63,854 nucleotides of DNA, filler included, from Choristocarpus tenellus KU-1152 (GCA_964200185.2; 9 parts of 9 records of this genome joined end to end with filler, not necessarily neighbours in it), one strand, 5' to 3'. Counted from the whole stretch's first letter, positions 38,036-51,246 are shown. The notes: generated by a model from the sequence alone, not told the origin. Translations and numbers: made by a program.

Positions 38036-41005
38036 AGAAATTAAAAAGGAGTTGGGTTGCGTTTTTTACTATCACTGTCATAATCTTGTCCTATTTGAGT
38101 CCCAGCATGTTGTCATACTAGCCCGGGTGGGCGCTGGCACAGCCCTTTCACCCCTGCACAGCCCAATTCAGACCTTCCCCCCCTACTTGCCAAGACAAGG
38201 CAGGTAGGTAGGGCGAGACTGACTGTAGTGGTGTGGCTTTGAGGAGTCTGGAGGTCAGGAGGGAGTCTTCACCGTTGCAGGCAGCCTTGCCTTTTCTTGA
38301 GATGGTTGGGTGTGTGTTTTGCTGATAGTGAGCCGCATAGTTTGTTCCTTATTGCCTCGAACCCTTGAGCAAGCAAAGCAAATGATTTTGACGATGTGTT
38401 TATTGATGTGCGCCCATTTTTGTGGCGGAGGGTTTTGTGTTTTCTTTTTGTGGTGCTGGTGTGTGAGTGAGTGTGTTTGTGTGTGTGTGTGTGCATGTTG
38501 TGTGTGTGCATGTTGTGTGTTGTTGGTGGGGTGGCTACCAAGGTTTGTTTGGTATGACAGCTGCAGAAGAATTTCTGTTGTTTTTTAGTTCCTATGCCAC
38601 ATGGTGAGAATGGGTGATTTAATTGCCGCAGGTAGCAGCAGTGGAAAATGGGATCAAGAACACAAAACAACTGGCCAGCACATGAAGTATAGTAGTAGTA
38701 CTACTGCCAGCCGGTATTGAGCTTCTTCTGGTGGTGCCTTTTGCGCCGACAGGTGGAGCCAGTTGGGTTTGCTCCTTGTGCTGTGCTGGTGGGCATGGCG
38801 AGGCGGCCAATGTTGTTGTTGTTGCAGGCAGGTTTAATATACTTGGGAGAGTGATAGGTAGGTGTAGTGCCCCTTTTGTCTACCTTTTCGGGGTACTAGT
38901 GATTGCTTGGTACACAAAGAAGAACGAATTTGATGCATGAGCTGTCATATCTTGGAGAGGGGTCTATTTTGGACCTTTTGGGGGGTCTTCCGTTTTTGAA
39001 ATTTTTTCCTGACACCCCATTCCCGTGAGTGAAATTTAGCCAATCCATCTTAGCAGGCTGTGGCTGGTGAAAGAGAAGACAAAGTTCATCCATATAACAA
39101 GAGCCAAATCACCGTTTGGAGTGCTAGAAGTGTGTGAACCAGAAGGCAGTCAGGGATCCAAAATACTAGAACACCCCACTCTAAGATGCGATGGCTCACA
39201 TGGATTGGCGGAACAGTACACTACAATTACAAAATATATGATAACTGTACCAGTAGTTTTGTGACCCAGACTTCGACCACACCAAACTACATTGAAATCG
39301 CACTTGTTTTGTGGAAGGGTTCTTTTGCATCAAACGAGTGTTACTTGTGCTATAAACTTTTACCTACAACTATTGTTGTTGCTCTAGCAGTTACCTCTAA
39401 GTAGCTAATGTGTTTTTTATTGCTAGACGAGCAGGACTTGGGCAATAGAGCGACATCGTTCTACACTACCATTAAAACTGTTTGTGTCCTCGTACCTACC
39501 TCCTCGAGACAAACTGGTCGCCCCTTGGCGTTGTCAGCATAGCATGCCTGCCTATGCCATCATATTGCTGCCGTTTGTTTTGTGCATGGAGTAATGAACT
39601 TACCTTTTGATGTTTCTAGGTGTACACATTTAATTCCTCCTTTGCTATCACGTCCATCCCACAATCTGTTATTCACATATTGTGAGGCATTTCGACTTCC
39701 ATTTCCTACCATGCATGCAATCTAATTGTAATATGGTAATATTTATGCTGACGCAGGTACTTTTGATTGAAAGTGATGGGCACAACTCTCTAATAATGGA
39801 CTATTCTGAGTCTCCATCTCATGCATACAATAAACAATAAATACTCATTGCGAAAGTATTAACCATGATGTGTAAGCCATGATCAAATTGAGTAAGAAGT
39901 ACCTCGCTTGAAGGACATGATAGTGTGCATGATGATAACACCTTGAGATGTATGTCCTCCCATAGGTCTATGCTGCTAAGCATCAAGACCAGTTCAGGTG
40001 TAGTAATAAAATTATAGTTGATGGGAGAATAGGAAACCTAGTAGTCCCTGACTATACATCTCGAAGGTACTATTATCTTCCAATTGCAACATCAACCATA
40101 TCAAATGCAAAGTGAAGTGGGCTGAAACTCAGAGCAAGCAACCAATCATTGTGTCGCTTGGGAATAGGATCGACCATGTGTACGAGGAGTACTCAGAGAC
40201 TAAGTAATAGCAAATAGTAGTGTCTAAACTGAACCGAGCAAGAAAAAATATATATAGTTATCAAATCAACATAAATAACATATTTCTAGTTATCAGCCAG
40301 GAGGGAATCGAGGGAATGGTCATCAGAACAAGATGAGGATCAAAGTATCCCATGCCATGCTGATAGTATGGAGGACCTATTTGTTGCGACCCATCCTGAA
40401 TCCCAACAGCGCAGACCTTGCCTGACGATGTTGCGTAAAAGAAGCACAGAGTACTTCAGAGAGGTAAAGTAGGAATTTTACTTACTCATTTTGCTTATTT
40501 GCAAACACATTTTTTTTCAACTACAAATATATTATATTAGTAGCTAGAACCATCAACTAGCTACTGCACACCTTCTTGGACATTCTTTTTTCGTAACACC
40601 GTGTTAGCACTTCACGTTGTTCATACTGAGTACCTTCAGTAAATAGTACGGAAATCGAGATTCCCATGCACTCATTTGTGGTCGGTGATTCGGTCGTACA
40701 CGTACCTCGAGTGACTCCCGCAGGTGACTCTGTGGCAGTCCAATAGAAACAATCCCCCTCAAATGACAAGTGTCATTACTCCTGGTTTGTGCTTGTGGTA
40801 ATGTAGGGTGATTGCAAACCAGGTTCTACTTGCAACTCAAGTATCTGTCATGTATCGTTTCGGACTTGATTGAGTGTTGCAAAACTGCGCATCAATATAA
40901 TATGGAGTATTAAATACGCTTTTTTGAATCGAGTTTTACAACACTGAACACGTAAGTGTTTTTAAATGAAGAAGCGTCATCACACAAAACACTTCAGTGT
41001 ATAAA

Positions 41006-41184
41006 GGCTCAAAGTATCTGGGGAGGGGGTGGAGGCTACACCAGGGTGTCCATTTGAACCAAAATCAGGAAAAGTGCATTTACATTATCCATCCAACATA
41101 TGCACCCAAATCATCCAAAAATTGCGACATGAAAAATTTGACCCCAAATGGACAGCGCCCCCCCCCCCCCAGAAGCTTTGAGTC
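41006..41184. mobile_element. MITE-A, full length, TSD TAAA
   Basis: taaa|GGCTCAAAGTATCTGGGG...CCCCAGAAGCTTTGAGTC|taaa. Confidence 0.9.
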
Positions 41185-41250
41185 TAAATTGTCTTATGTT
41201 ACTATGGTTTCACCTTGATCGTTACAGGCATGATACAACATTGACTGTTG

Positions 41251-41462
41251 AAGTCAAACTATCTTAGAGGGTAGGGCCGTGTCCATTTGGGGGCCAAAAT
41301 CCAACGCTGTGATTTTCATGTAATTTTATCTGTCGTATTTGTTAGGAAGTGTCAGTATCCTTGTTCCGGACACACCATTTCNNNNNNNNNNAACCCCATG
41401 GGAAGCCAAGCCCCAAATGGACAAACAGGGAAAAACTTGTACCCTCTAAGATACTTTCACTC
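41251..41462. mobile_element. MITE-B with a small internal N gap
   Basis: AAGTCAAACTATCTTAGAGGGTA ... TACCCTCTAAGATACTTTCACTC. Confidence 0.85.
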
Positions 41463-42178
41463 TTGTGTTGTGCTGTGTCGAGTTATACCCTATGGTATGG
41501 TATATGATGCGGGTACGTATCAAGTTGTAGGTTTTCAGACTATCCAGCTCGTTATTGCAAGCAAATATCATTGTTGGTATTGGCATCAATTAATTGCATG
41601 ATCACAGAGTTCACATCAATAACTATCAGGGGGGTAAGATCCTTCTTCACAAAGAGTTCTATTATGCTCAACCAGAGACAGATTCATAGAGAGAGCAAGG
41701 AGGGAAGAGACACATACTCCCATAGGAATTTTTTGCATATTACATGCAGCAGATAGATAATATGACGACCTCCATCTTCATCGTAGATTGATTGTGTGCA
41801 CCCTAAAAGGCATTGTCATCATCATCATCATCACACATACACATAATTTTCATGATCTTTTGTGGAATGAACCACAACTCACTCCTCCAGCATTCCAGAC
41901 ATAAAATTCAGGTCTTCTTATCAATCGAGGCTCCTTTAAAACCCCAACACATTTGCTGCTACTATCACTATATAGTGTATCACTAGTTACACATAATATA
42001 CATAAACAATAAGAGTTGATATTGAACGAATCGTTCAAAAATGATCACAAGCAACATGTATGCATTCCCTGAAAAGTGAAGGATTTCCTCTTTGCCACAG
42101 GGGACTCCAGTTTGTTGTACAGATCAGAAGCTTACAACAACAGCAACAGCAGCATCAACAACCACTGTTTTCACAGAC

Positions 42179-42179
42179 A

Positions 42180-42212
<33 letters not shown>
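42179..42212. repeat. (TAG)n microsatellite
   Basis: About 11 units; similar tracts at ~33335-33356 (TAG) and ~34675-34709 (AAT). Confidence 0.9.
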
Positions 42213-42214
<2 letters not shown>

Positions 42215-42577
42215 CAACAGCAGCATAATATCATTAGTCTACTGCATGTTGCGCAGCAGGCAGGCACACATGCAGGAATCCCTTCCCAACTTCAGTAGGG
42301 TTGAGAAGGGCAGTTGGGACTAATTGTATGATACATTTTATTATGCACACTGACACATTTCGAAGATGTTGTCACAGGGGAAACAAGAAGAAACACGTAA
42401 GACAAACAAACATTACAGCAAACACAACACCACAGTCTTTGTTGCTTACGGTGAAGGTCTTCGGATGCACCAACGAGAGTTATAGGGTATTTAAAAACAA
42501 GAAAACAAGAAACCTACACTAGACAAATACAGCTGAAACCATGACCAAACTGGCATTTCGAAGGCGGTTTTGAAAGA

Positions 42578-42639
42578 GACCCAAAGTATCTTGGGGGGGG
42601 GGAGGTGTACACCAGGGTGTCCATTTGGACCATAGCTAG
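42578..42639. mobile_element. MITE-A terminus at contig end
   Basis: GACCCAAAGTATCTTGGGGGG...ACACCAGGGTGTCCATTTG. Confidence 0.8.
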
Positions 42640-42890
42640 NNNNNNNNNNNNNNNNNNNNNNNNNNNNNNNNNNNNNNNNNNNNTTAATTAATTAANNNNN
42701 NNNNNNNNNNNNNNNNNNNNNNNNNNNNNNNNNNNNNNNGTGTGCAGACTCTCATCATAGCCGCTCTTTTGATTTTTCCTGATGTTACCTGATTTTGTGG
42801 GGGGGGGGGGGGGGGGATACTCTTGAGAGAGGGATTCTTTGTGCACAATTGGTGGAGAACCTTGCTAGCTCCTTTACTAGTCTTAATGTA

Positions 42891-42908
42891 TTAGGGTTAG
42901 GGTTAGGG
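42891..42908. repeat. Interstitial telomere-like (TTAGGG)3
   Basis: Similar short tracts at ~32224, 32382, 34787, 43124, 44188, 45539, 45704-45718, 59479, 60511-60530 and 60591-60611. Confidence 0.7.
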
Positions 42909-43024
42909 GAGTGTTACCTTGTGGTGACCCTCGGTCTCTACTGCTGTGAACCCGTTTTGAATTTTTAAATAAAGTGCGCCTCAGGAGGTGACATAATTTG
43001 TCGAATTTATGAGATGCACTTTCT

Positions 43025-43027
43025 TTC

Positions 43028-43088
<61 letters not shown>

Positions 43089-43112
43089 ATCTCTATCTCT
43101 CTCTGTCTGTCT
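43025..43112. repeat. (CT)n / CTAT / CTGT compound microsatellite
   Basis: Direct inspection. Confidence 0.9.
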
Positions 43113-43677
43113 GTGACCCTACAACCCTAACCCTATTATTTTTGTTGTTTTCTGATGGTATGGTGTGGTGTTAGTAAACCAATGTAAGTTTATGCTGTAG
43201 TGAAGGAATTTTTTTTTAATATCTTGTCAAGAGTCGATGGATGAAGAGTCACAGGGGGTTGGGGTTGATTTCTGAGGTTAGGGTTAAAGGGGGATTCTGG
43301 GAGAGGGCTGGAGTCGAGCACCTTTTTCTTCTGTGGTGTAGATGTATGTGTAGATGATCTTGCTGCTTCTACTGTTAGACTGTTCTTGTCGTAGGAACAG
43401 TCATTTAAGTACATTCATTCATTCTTTCTTTCATTCATTCATACATACATATAGACGTACATAAATAATATTCAACACATACATATATTCATACAAACAT
43501 ATATTCATACAAACATAAACACATAAATACGTAACATCTTTTCATTATCTTTTTCTTTAATTTTCTTTTCTTCTTGGACCATTTTTATTTCTCATTATGT
43601 ACCTCTCTGTGTTTTTGTGTTGCTGATTGTTTTTTTATTTCTTCATTATTATCCTTTTCTGAACACATTAAGAATAG

Positions 43678-43782
43678 GTCGTGTGGGCCCTCAATAACGA
43701 GATCCAGACGGCATCCCTCAAGGGGCTAGTGTCGGAAAACTCCGATGCTGCTGATGGAGAGAGGCTTCCCATTGTTCCTAAG
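43678..43782 (+). CDS. Isolated internal exon of an unidentified gene (VVWALNNEIQTASLKGLVSENSDAADGERLPIVPK)
   Basis: GC-richer 105-nt island in AT-rich sequence, bounded by TAG| and AAG|GT, open in phase 0. Confidence 0.55.
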
Positions 43783-45046
43783 GTACACACGCTGGAATTT
43801 TCTTTGTGACAGACGGGGCATTTAACTAATCACAAATGATTTTTTCTTGAAATACGTATACATATGTAGGCGTTTGCATGTGTGAATACGTAGATAATAA
43901 TATTTTAAAAAAATATGTATTTATTTTGAAGTGGGATTTTTTGCTGCTCTATTGAGTTGTTTTTCTGAGGGCGGGGAGGGGGGGTAGGCATTGTCTTATT
44001 ATTGTTTTATTTTTAATATGATTATCATTTTATGTATTTTTTTTATTACTATTTTTGTGTCTTGTTACGTCGGTATCTTGATTTTTTTTTTTGAAATTTT
44101 TAGATTTTTTTTTTTGATAACGTGTTTAAAAAAAAGGCCATGCATGTTACTCTTATATATTTTTATTGTGTGGAGGTGAATCGTCTCAGGGTTAGGGTTA
44201 GGGTTTTTATTGTCTAGTATTTGCTACAAACACAATTTTGCTAGAGCACAGAAAATTATATATATATATATACACATGCATGATACTTAATATATGTAAG
44301 AACGTATTTTTATGATATTCTATTAGGCATTCTTGTGAAATGAAAACACGGTCATGAAGAATAAAAAGAATAAAAAGATACCTGCGGTAGTTTATGTACC
44401 CTTTCTTGTCTTCCTCGTGTGTTTGGTTCTTTTTTTAGTTTTACGTACCTTTTCTGGTGATACATGTCTGAGGGAACGTTGAAGGTAGCATACAGGTTCT
44501 GATATACATATGTATATGTATATATATATGTATATACTTGGTCCATATCGCCTCTGCAAGAAAATGTGCAGTATTTGTATTGTCAATTAATATAATGACT
44601 GACTGACTGACTACTTACTACTGCATGTGAGTGGTTGGGCGGGGGAGGTCCCCAACAAACGTTGCTTTGATTTTTTTTTTAATATCTTTATATTTATATT
44701 TTTTCTTTTTCTTTTATTATTATTTTTTGTCAGTGTTTTTTCTTTTTCTTTTATTGGTGCGATCGTAATTTTTTTTTTTTTTTTATTTTTTTTTTTTGTC
44801 TGTTTTTTTTTTTTTTTTTTTTTTGGTGCGTTTGTATTTTTTTTTTTTTTCAAATGTGCTTTTTTTCTGTCATTTTTTTTTTTAAATATCTATGTATCTA
44901 TATATCTACGTTCGTGTGGACGCACGAACAGGGGAATGTCAGTTGGATAAGACCGAAGTCCGAAATTGTTCTGGTTATTTTTTGTTTGTTTGTTTGTTGT
45001 CTTCTCTGTACCCTTATTATTTTTTATATGCATTGTATTTTTTTTT

Positions 45047-45283
45047 AGGTAGAGCTGCGTCCATGCTGCGATTTCGATGCGATTTTTTTTTTCTTAGGAA
45101 ATATCAATATCCTTGTTCCGGACACACATTTTTCATAACATATGCGCTTTCCACACCCCGAAAAAAGCTTTGGAGTAGCAGGAAAAATGTCATTAAAAGA
45201 AACAAAACATGGGAAGCCAAGCCGCAAATGATGGACAAACAGGGCAAAATTCGTACCCCGTACCCTCTAAGATGCTTTCACTC
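45047..45283. mobile_element. MITE-B, diverged, one end lost
   Basis: ...ATCCTTGTTCCGGACACA...ATGGACAAACAGGG...TACCCTCTAAGATGCTTTCACTC. Confidence 0.75.
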
Positions 45284-45818
45284 TTTTTGCCCTAAGTTTT
45301 TTTTTTTTTAATCTTTTTATATCTTTTTATTATTTTTCTGTTTGGTGCGTTGCATGCGTCGTGCGCGCGCGCACATGCCTTTGTGTTTTGTGTGTGTACG
45401 ATGCTATTATTTTTTTAATAGAGCAAGAAGAACGGGTGGTCGATTAAATTAATTTTAAATGTTTTGAAGAGATACCCGTTAATATTTTTTTTGTGTGTGT
45501 TTTTTTATTGTATGGCTTTTCTCCTCGCGGATGTGGCTAGGGTTAGGGTTTTTGGTCCATGTGTACGGTTCCAGTGTTAGCTTCTAAATGAAAAGAAAAA
45601 ATAAACTGATGAGAGTAAGATAGATTTAATTTTTTTTACTGTCAGAGGTGTGTACCTCCATATCATCGTCATCATTATCATCATTATGTAACAATTCCGC
45701 CCCCCCTAACCCTAACCCNNNNNNNNNNNNNNNNNNNNNNNNNNNNNNNNNNNNNNNNNNNNTTAATTAATTAANNNNNNNNNNNNNNNNNNNNNNNNNN
45801 NNNNNNNNNNNNNNNNNN

Positions 45819-48800
45819 TTTCCCAGTTTGCACGGATCTATCACCAGCGTGTATGTAGCCTTCGACAAAAGTACTTTTCCTGTACTTATCAAGGGTCATA
45901 AACGTGGCATTGTCACGTGTGTGGTCACTGGTTGGCCGAAGCCACTGAAGGTCCACCCCACGCTTCCCGTCCTCGCCGACGCGCTCCGCTAGGATCTTGC
46001 CGACCAAGAGCGGCGCCTCCGTTGCCAGAAAAAAGGCAAACCTGCCTTCCTGCACGGAGACGAGGTTCCCATGGTTCGCCGATGTCAAGGTAGCACGAGG
46101 CCAACCCCGTCAACAGAAGCCAGCTACTTCCGTGTCACTGTCTGATGAGGAAGAGTCTGTTTCCTCAAGCCCGCCGAGATCATTGTCATCACTGACGAGA
46201 TTACCTCCTCCACCCGAATGTTTGCCCTCGTCGGTGTCTTCGACGTCGCTGGTACCAGTTCCAGTGCCATTGTCATCGGTGGGAAACCAATGCACTGGGA
46301 GGTCGAACTCTCGTTCCCCTGTCTTTTTGAGAAGCCGCACAGACTCGCTTTGCTCGTGTTTCGCTCTCTGAACCGCTTCATCGTCTGCGAAGGTGGAATC
46401 CATGAGCACGAGAACATTAACGGTATGGAAGCATGAATGATACTTTGTAACCAGGCGTGAGGTTTCACGAATGTGCTCGGGGAGCATGCAGTAAGAGGGA
46501 GGGTGTAGATTTCGTCGGATTCGTCGCTGTTGACTACAAGACCGTTACCCTCAAAACATTATCCGGGGTAATCTATAGTACTTTTCTATTGTGACATGCG
46601 ACGATCACTACACATGAGAATGGAATATTTTTCAAGATTGTTTTTGTAAAAGCTGTAAAGGCTGCCTCGTACAGAAGTTGCACCAGATTTGGCTGCCACT
46701 GAATACAAAAATTGGCCATCAACTCCCCTCACGAAAAATCGACTTACCCAGTGGGTACGGAGCAGCGAGGCGCTCATGTAACGCCTGGTACCGCTGCTCC
46801 ACCTTCAGGATGACGTCTTTGGGAATACTCTTGAGCTGGTAGGGTGGTGCATCTTGGAGACGAGGCGGGTGGCCGATGAAGAGGTCGTGCTGAGGGGTGT
46901 TGAGGTCGATAGCAACGTCTCCGCCTATCCCACTCCATGCGGTGTTGTGCATGTATTGCTTTACGCTAACCTTAACCCGCCCATCAGCGCCTTTTTCAAT
47001 GCGAAAAGCCCTGTAGCTCATGATATTGGGAACACGGTTGACTCGACCGCGAAGGAGTCCCTTAAAGTTGCCCTCGTTCCGTAGGGTCTTCCAGTAGACT
47101 GGAACCTCCGTGTAAGAGGCCTGCAGCTCTTCACCCAGCTGTGCTCTCGTGAATATGTTCTTCCCTTTTATACCACGTGAGAACCTGAAGGTGAAATGCA
47201 AGCAAGTTAATTTTGAGGCGGGGTTGAAAGAAACGAAGTGGAGAAGCAACATATATATGCAGGCACATGCTCCGATGCATGTATATGGAAGTATAAATAT
47301 ATAAAGGGGTGATGCATACATTTTTTTATTGTTTTGTTTCGAGAGTAGGTTACAAAACACTTTTGGCAGCTGCTCTTATCGTGCAATTTTATTATGGGGA
47401 AATCAAAAGTCAATCAAACAATTGCAGTGTATGACTATAAACCTTCCAGAGACGCAGCAAGGGTGAACTGCAAGCCTCAAGGCAGTATCTGTCCGTGTAA
47501 AAACACTATGTGGCTATCGCAATTATATATCTTGCCTAATTACCTGGAGAAGATCTGATCGATCTTGATGTGCGTGTGCCCCACCATCATAAAATGTATC
47601 TCGACCACACAAATGACACTCGCCGCAACCAAAAGCCCGGCATATCCGAGAAAGAAATTGTTCTTTTTCTCTGAGACGCAGTTGTCGACCTGGTCAGTTT
47701 GGGGAGTTGGAAGCTAGGGAGGGATAGGCGTGAGGCCGATATGTCAGACCATTTCGCCGCGTTTCGTGGAGAAACAGGGCATGTTTCCAGTACTGCTAGA
47801 TCACAAGCTCTACATCGCCGCCATTATACATGCAGGTTACAACACACAAACCAAAACTAAAGACCGTGCAGTTAGTTACTTGGTGGTCGGTATTCGGTGA
47901 GTATGTGTTGAGTAGGTCGTGTGAAGATGAAACGTTTTTACCTGCCAATGCGCGTGCTGGATTATGCAACCCCCCGCGTGATCGAGGTTGTTGTGGTACT
48001 TGTCGATAAGCCCTGTGAGGGCAAGGTGGGTGGCTGTGCAGATAAGATTACAACCTGCGCGAACGATGATGTCCGTCGTTAGTTGGCAAATAGTGCGCTG
48101 CTTACTTACGCATTGTATAATTGGAGCTAAAAAGAGGGATAATGGAACGTGTTTTTGCCATGTAGAGCACATACACCCGACTGGCTGATATACATGTCTG
48201 TGTGTTTTCCTCCTCCTTGATTAGCTCTTACGCTCCTCTCACCCTTCCAAAGCTGAGGCGTACGAGGGGAGGGGAGCACAGTGCATCATCAGTTAATCGA
48301 CTGTTCACCTGGCCTGCGGTATCTATAGGCAAATTGTGTAAGGGTGTAGTCGTCCTCGGGTATCTAACCTACGGCGGGTCCACTTGCCGTGACGGTAAAT
48401 CAAGTGGTGCGTGCGCAACCAGCATCTATTCAGTCGTGAGATTGTTGAGCCACAACCCACAATATGTACCTTCTCCAAGATTTTGAGGAGTGAAGAACAC
48501 CTCCGCGAACTGACCTTCGACGTGTGCGGCCATGATCTTCTGGCGCGCGGAGTTGCCCCTGATAAGAAGGACATGAACCAAAGAAACGTGTAAAGAAAGG
48601 TGTTACGGTGCATCACCATCATGATGAACGGAATAGGTAGTGGAATTATGTGCGTCTGTTTTGGCGGTTATTTCTTGTGGTTCATGCACCCATTCGTAGA
48701 ATAAAACAGGGTCGTCTATTCTGTTCTGCGTGCGGCTGCAAACTTGTTGACGGATGGACTATGCGTGCGTGTGGTTACCTGTCACCACCGTGGGTAGGTG

Positions 48801-50650
48801 GGTATAGTGCTGGGAGGGAGTGTGATGTCTGGTTCGCGGCTTCTACAGACATGAACATGAAGTCGAGAGAGTTGCCGTCGACTTAGGCCCACATGGCACT
48901 GCTGGTGCTGTTGGCGATGACCAGCCGATCCGCTTGGATAATCTGGCGAATGGGGGAGAGCAACATCACGGTGGTAAATCAAATAAACCTGCTTAAAGTT
49001 GTAAAAAATGGCCACTTGTTAACACGTATCAGGTTAGTAACAGAAATCGAGTGTATGTAACAATAAATGTTTGTCTTTGGTCTTGTTTTTTATTGCTGCA
49101 TCCAAAGCAAACACAGTATTATCGGGACGGTAGCAAGTATGTACGTACAGGGCCGGAAGACCGCTACATGACCTGTACCTCCCACAGCCCGTTGTAGACG
49201 ATCAGGAAGCAGTCTATCATACAAGGTGTTTGGGCAACTAATAACGTTTTTTGCGTTGAGTGAGGCTGCTGCTGCTGCCATAAGCACCTGAGTCAAAGTA
49301 TCTTAGAGGGCAAAGCCGCGTCCATTTGGGGGTCAAAATCCAATGTTGGAAATTTGATGTTATTTTGGCTATCATATTGGTTAGGAGATGTCAATATCCT
49401 TGTTCTGGACACTCCTTTTCATAACATATACATTTACCTACTCCGAAACTTTTTGGAGTAGGTAAAATGCCATTATAAACCCGTGAGAAGTCAAGCCCCA
49501 AATGGACAAACAGGGTATAAATCGTACCCTCTAAGATACTTTCACTCACCTGCATCGGAGTCTTCATTCGCAAAAGGCAACAGATGTTCTTCCCAATGGA
49601 GGGCAATGACGGCGACATGTTGCCACTGTATGATTGTCGCAAAATTAACGCTGGACACCTACCTTACATTGGTCTGACAGCTCCTTGTCGATGGACTCGA
49701 GGACGGTGGAGTCGTTCGTGGGTTTTACACCAGGCGCACCGTGTCACTTCTCTTTTAACGTGACACGTATGTCACATTTCATAAATTCGCCTCCTACCCT
49801 CACCCTGATGTTGGGCCTGTCCTCTCTGAGCAATCGGAGGAAGTGCGCCTTGCTTACCCGCTTGGAAGTGTCGTCAGGATACACAACCGTATTGCCTCTT
49901 TGCAAAAATCCTTGTATAGCTCCTAATTAATAATGTTGGTTGTGTGGGCAAGTGAGGAGTTATTGAGAAGGAACACTCGAAGAACACCGCTGTAAGATCT
50001 CTCGAAGGCGGGCTGACCAATAACTTGACTGAGAACACGGAAGACAGGATCAAGCAAGCCTACATCGTGCGCTACGAAAGGTCAAATACAATGATCTTCG
50101 TAAATCTGCCAAGAGCGTCATTCTGTTCGGGCCTCACTGCCGTTTGCAGAAACGGTAAAGGAGGCGAATCTACCATCATCGTCATCATCATCGCGAAACG
50201 CTTTAGACATACGAAGTACACACTTTTTCTACAATTGTCAGACCGGGCCCGGGTCCGCAGAGTAGGTGTACACAACGGTGAAATAACAGTTATTGTGCCT
50301 TTCTTCGTAAAAGCGACGAAGAATATCATCATCATCATTGTAGTCTCGACATAGCAAACGAAAAATATAGCACTTCGTACGAATCTTCGCATTTTTTTTA
50401 ACCATAGCCTCAGACCGGTCAAAGTAGTAAACACCCACCACTCGAAATACTCCTTCGATTCACTTCTTCTACGTACTGCTGGGTCACACGGTTTGCAACT
50501 AACTCCAGCACAGGGTGCGGCCAACCTCTCCAGAACCAAGGGCAAAACCTACTTCTTTGTTCGCGGCGTAGATCACAATTGCAGACTTGTGAGGCATGAA
50601 CTGCCCGTATGTCTATCCAGGACATCACCAGGAACAGCTTCGGAGCCATG
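45819..50650 (-). pseudogene. Intron-containing DDE transposase pseudogene (DUF7869/Sola-like)
   Basis: Exons 49663-49922 (SKAHFLRLLREDRPNIRV..FMKCD; stop and frameshift), 48779-48942 (FMSVEAANQ..LP; one stop), 48470-48558, 47942-48054 (CNLICT), 47544-47689 (VDNCVSEKKN...FMMVGHTHIKIDQIFS), 46748-47184, plus more coding sequence 45819-46487; 5' region 50070-50650 decayed. Confidence 0.8.
49290..49547. mobile_element. MITE-B, full length (258 bp), TSD ACCT/AGGT
   Basis: acct|GAGTCAAAGTATCTTAGAGGG...CCCTCTAAGATACTTTCACTC|acct. Confidence 0.92.
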
Positions 50651-51217
50651 TCCTTATCTTTGTTCGTGCTGTTCCTGTTGTAGTAGCGCACGTATGTATA
50701 TGAATGGATGGAGCTGTGTTGGAAGTGGATACAAGGGACGGGGGATGGAATCCTAGGGGAATCGTATGCCAGCGGTGGATCTCTAATTCTGTAGGTATTT
50801 ACGCGTGGTAACTGCTGCAGCAGCACAGGGATGGCCGGATGAGATGATATTGTTGAAGCATAAATAAACATATCACACATGTATATACACATATATGTAA
50901 CACATAACACCACGCTGGAGGGATCTCTAACTTTATGCATCAGACATCTCGGCGTGGTAACTGCAAAGTGAATGCGACGAGTACGGTCGGATTACATTGT
51001 TCTGAGATAGGACTACTGTTCAATCATCAAGCAGGGGGAAAAAATACCGGGTACAAATAACACTGTGTACATACATCAAACCCACCTCTCCACGCCGGAG
51101 GATGCTCTTGCGTTATGNNNNNNNNNNNNNNNNNNNNNNNNNNNNNNNNNNNNNNNNNNNNTTAATTAATTAANNNNNNNNNNNNNNNNNNNNNNNNNNN
51201 NNNNNNNNNNNNNNNNN

Positions 51218-51246
51218 CCCCCCCCCCCCCCCAGATACTTTGGGTC
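51218..51246. mobile_element. MITE-A terminus at contig start
   Basis: C-tract-AGATACTTTGGGTC. Confidence 0.75.

Noticed and set aside
38040-40990. Short ORFs downstream of the USP stop
   Set aside because: 3' UTR/intergenic sequence with GT microsatellites; no coherent exon chain
44611-44950. Lys-rich and Phe-rich ORFs
   Set aside because: Translations of poly-T/A low-complexity tracts
49090-49642. ORFs 49391-49642 and 49090-49296 joined in frame by splicing out the MITE, as a new gene with a gained intron
   Set aside because: The flanking transposase exons (49663 donor, 48942 acceptor) already join in phase, so this segment is intronic and the joined peptide has no recognisable motif
49200-50150. 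Protein-like plus-strand reading, possibly a viral pseudogene
   Set aside because: Largely the antisense shadow of minus-strand transposase exons and intron; no viral hallmark motifs seen
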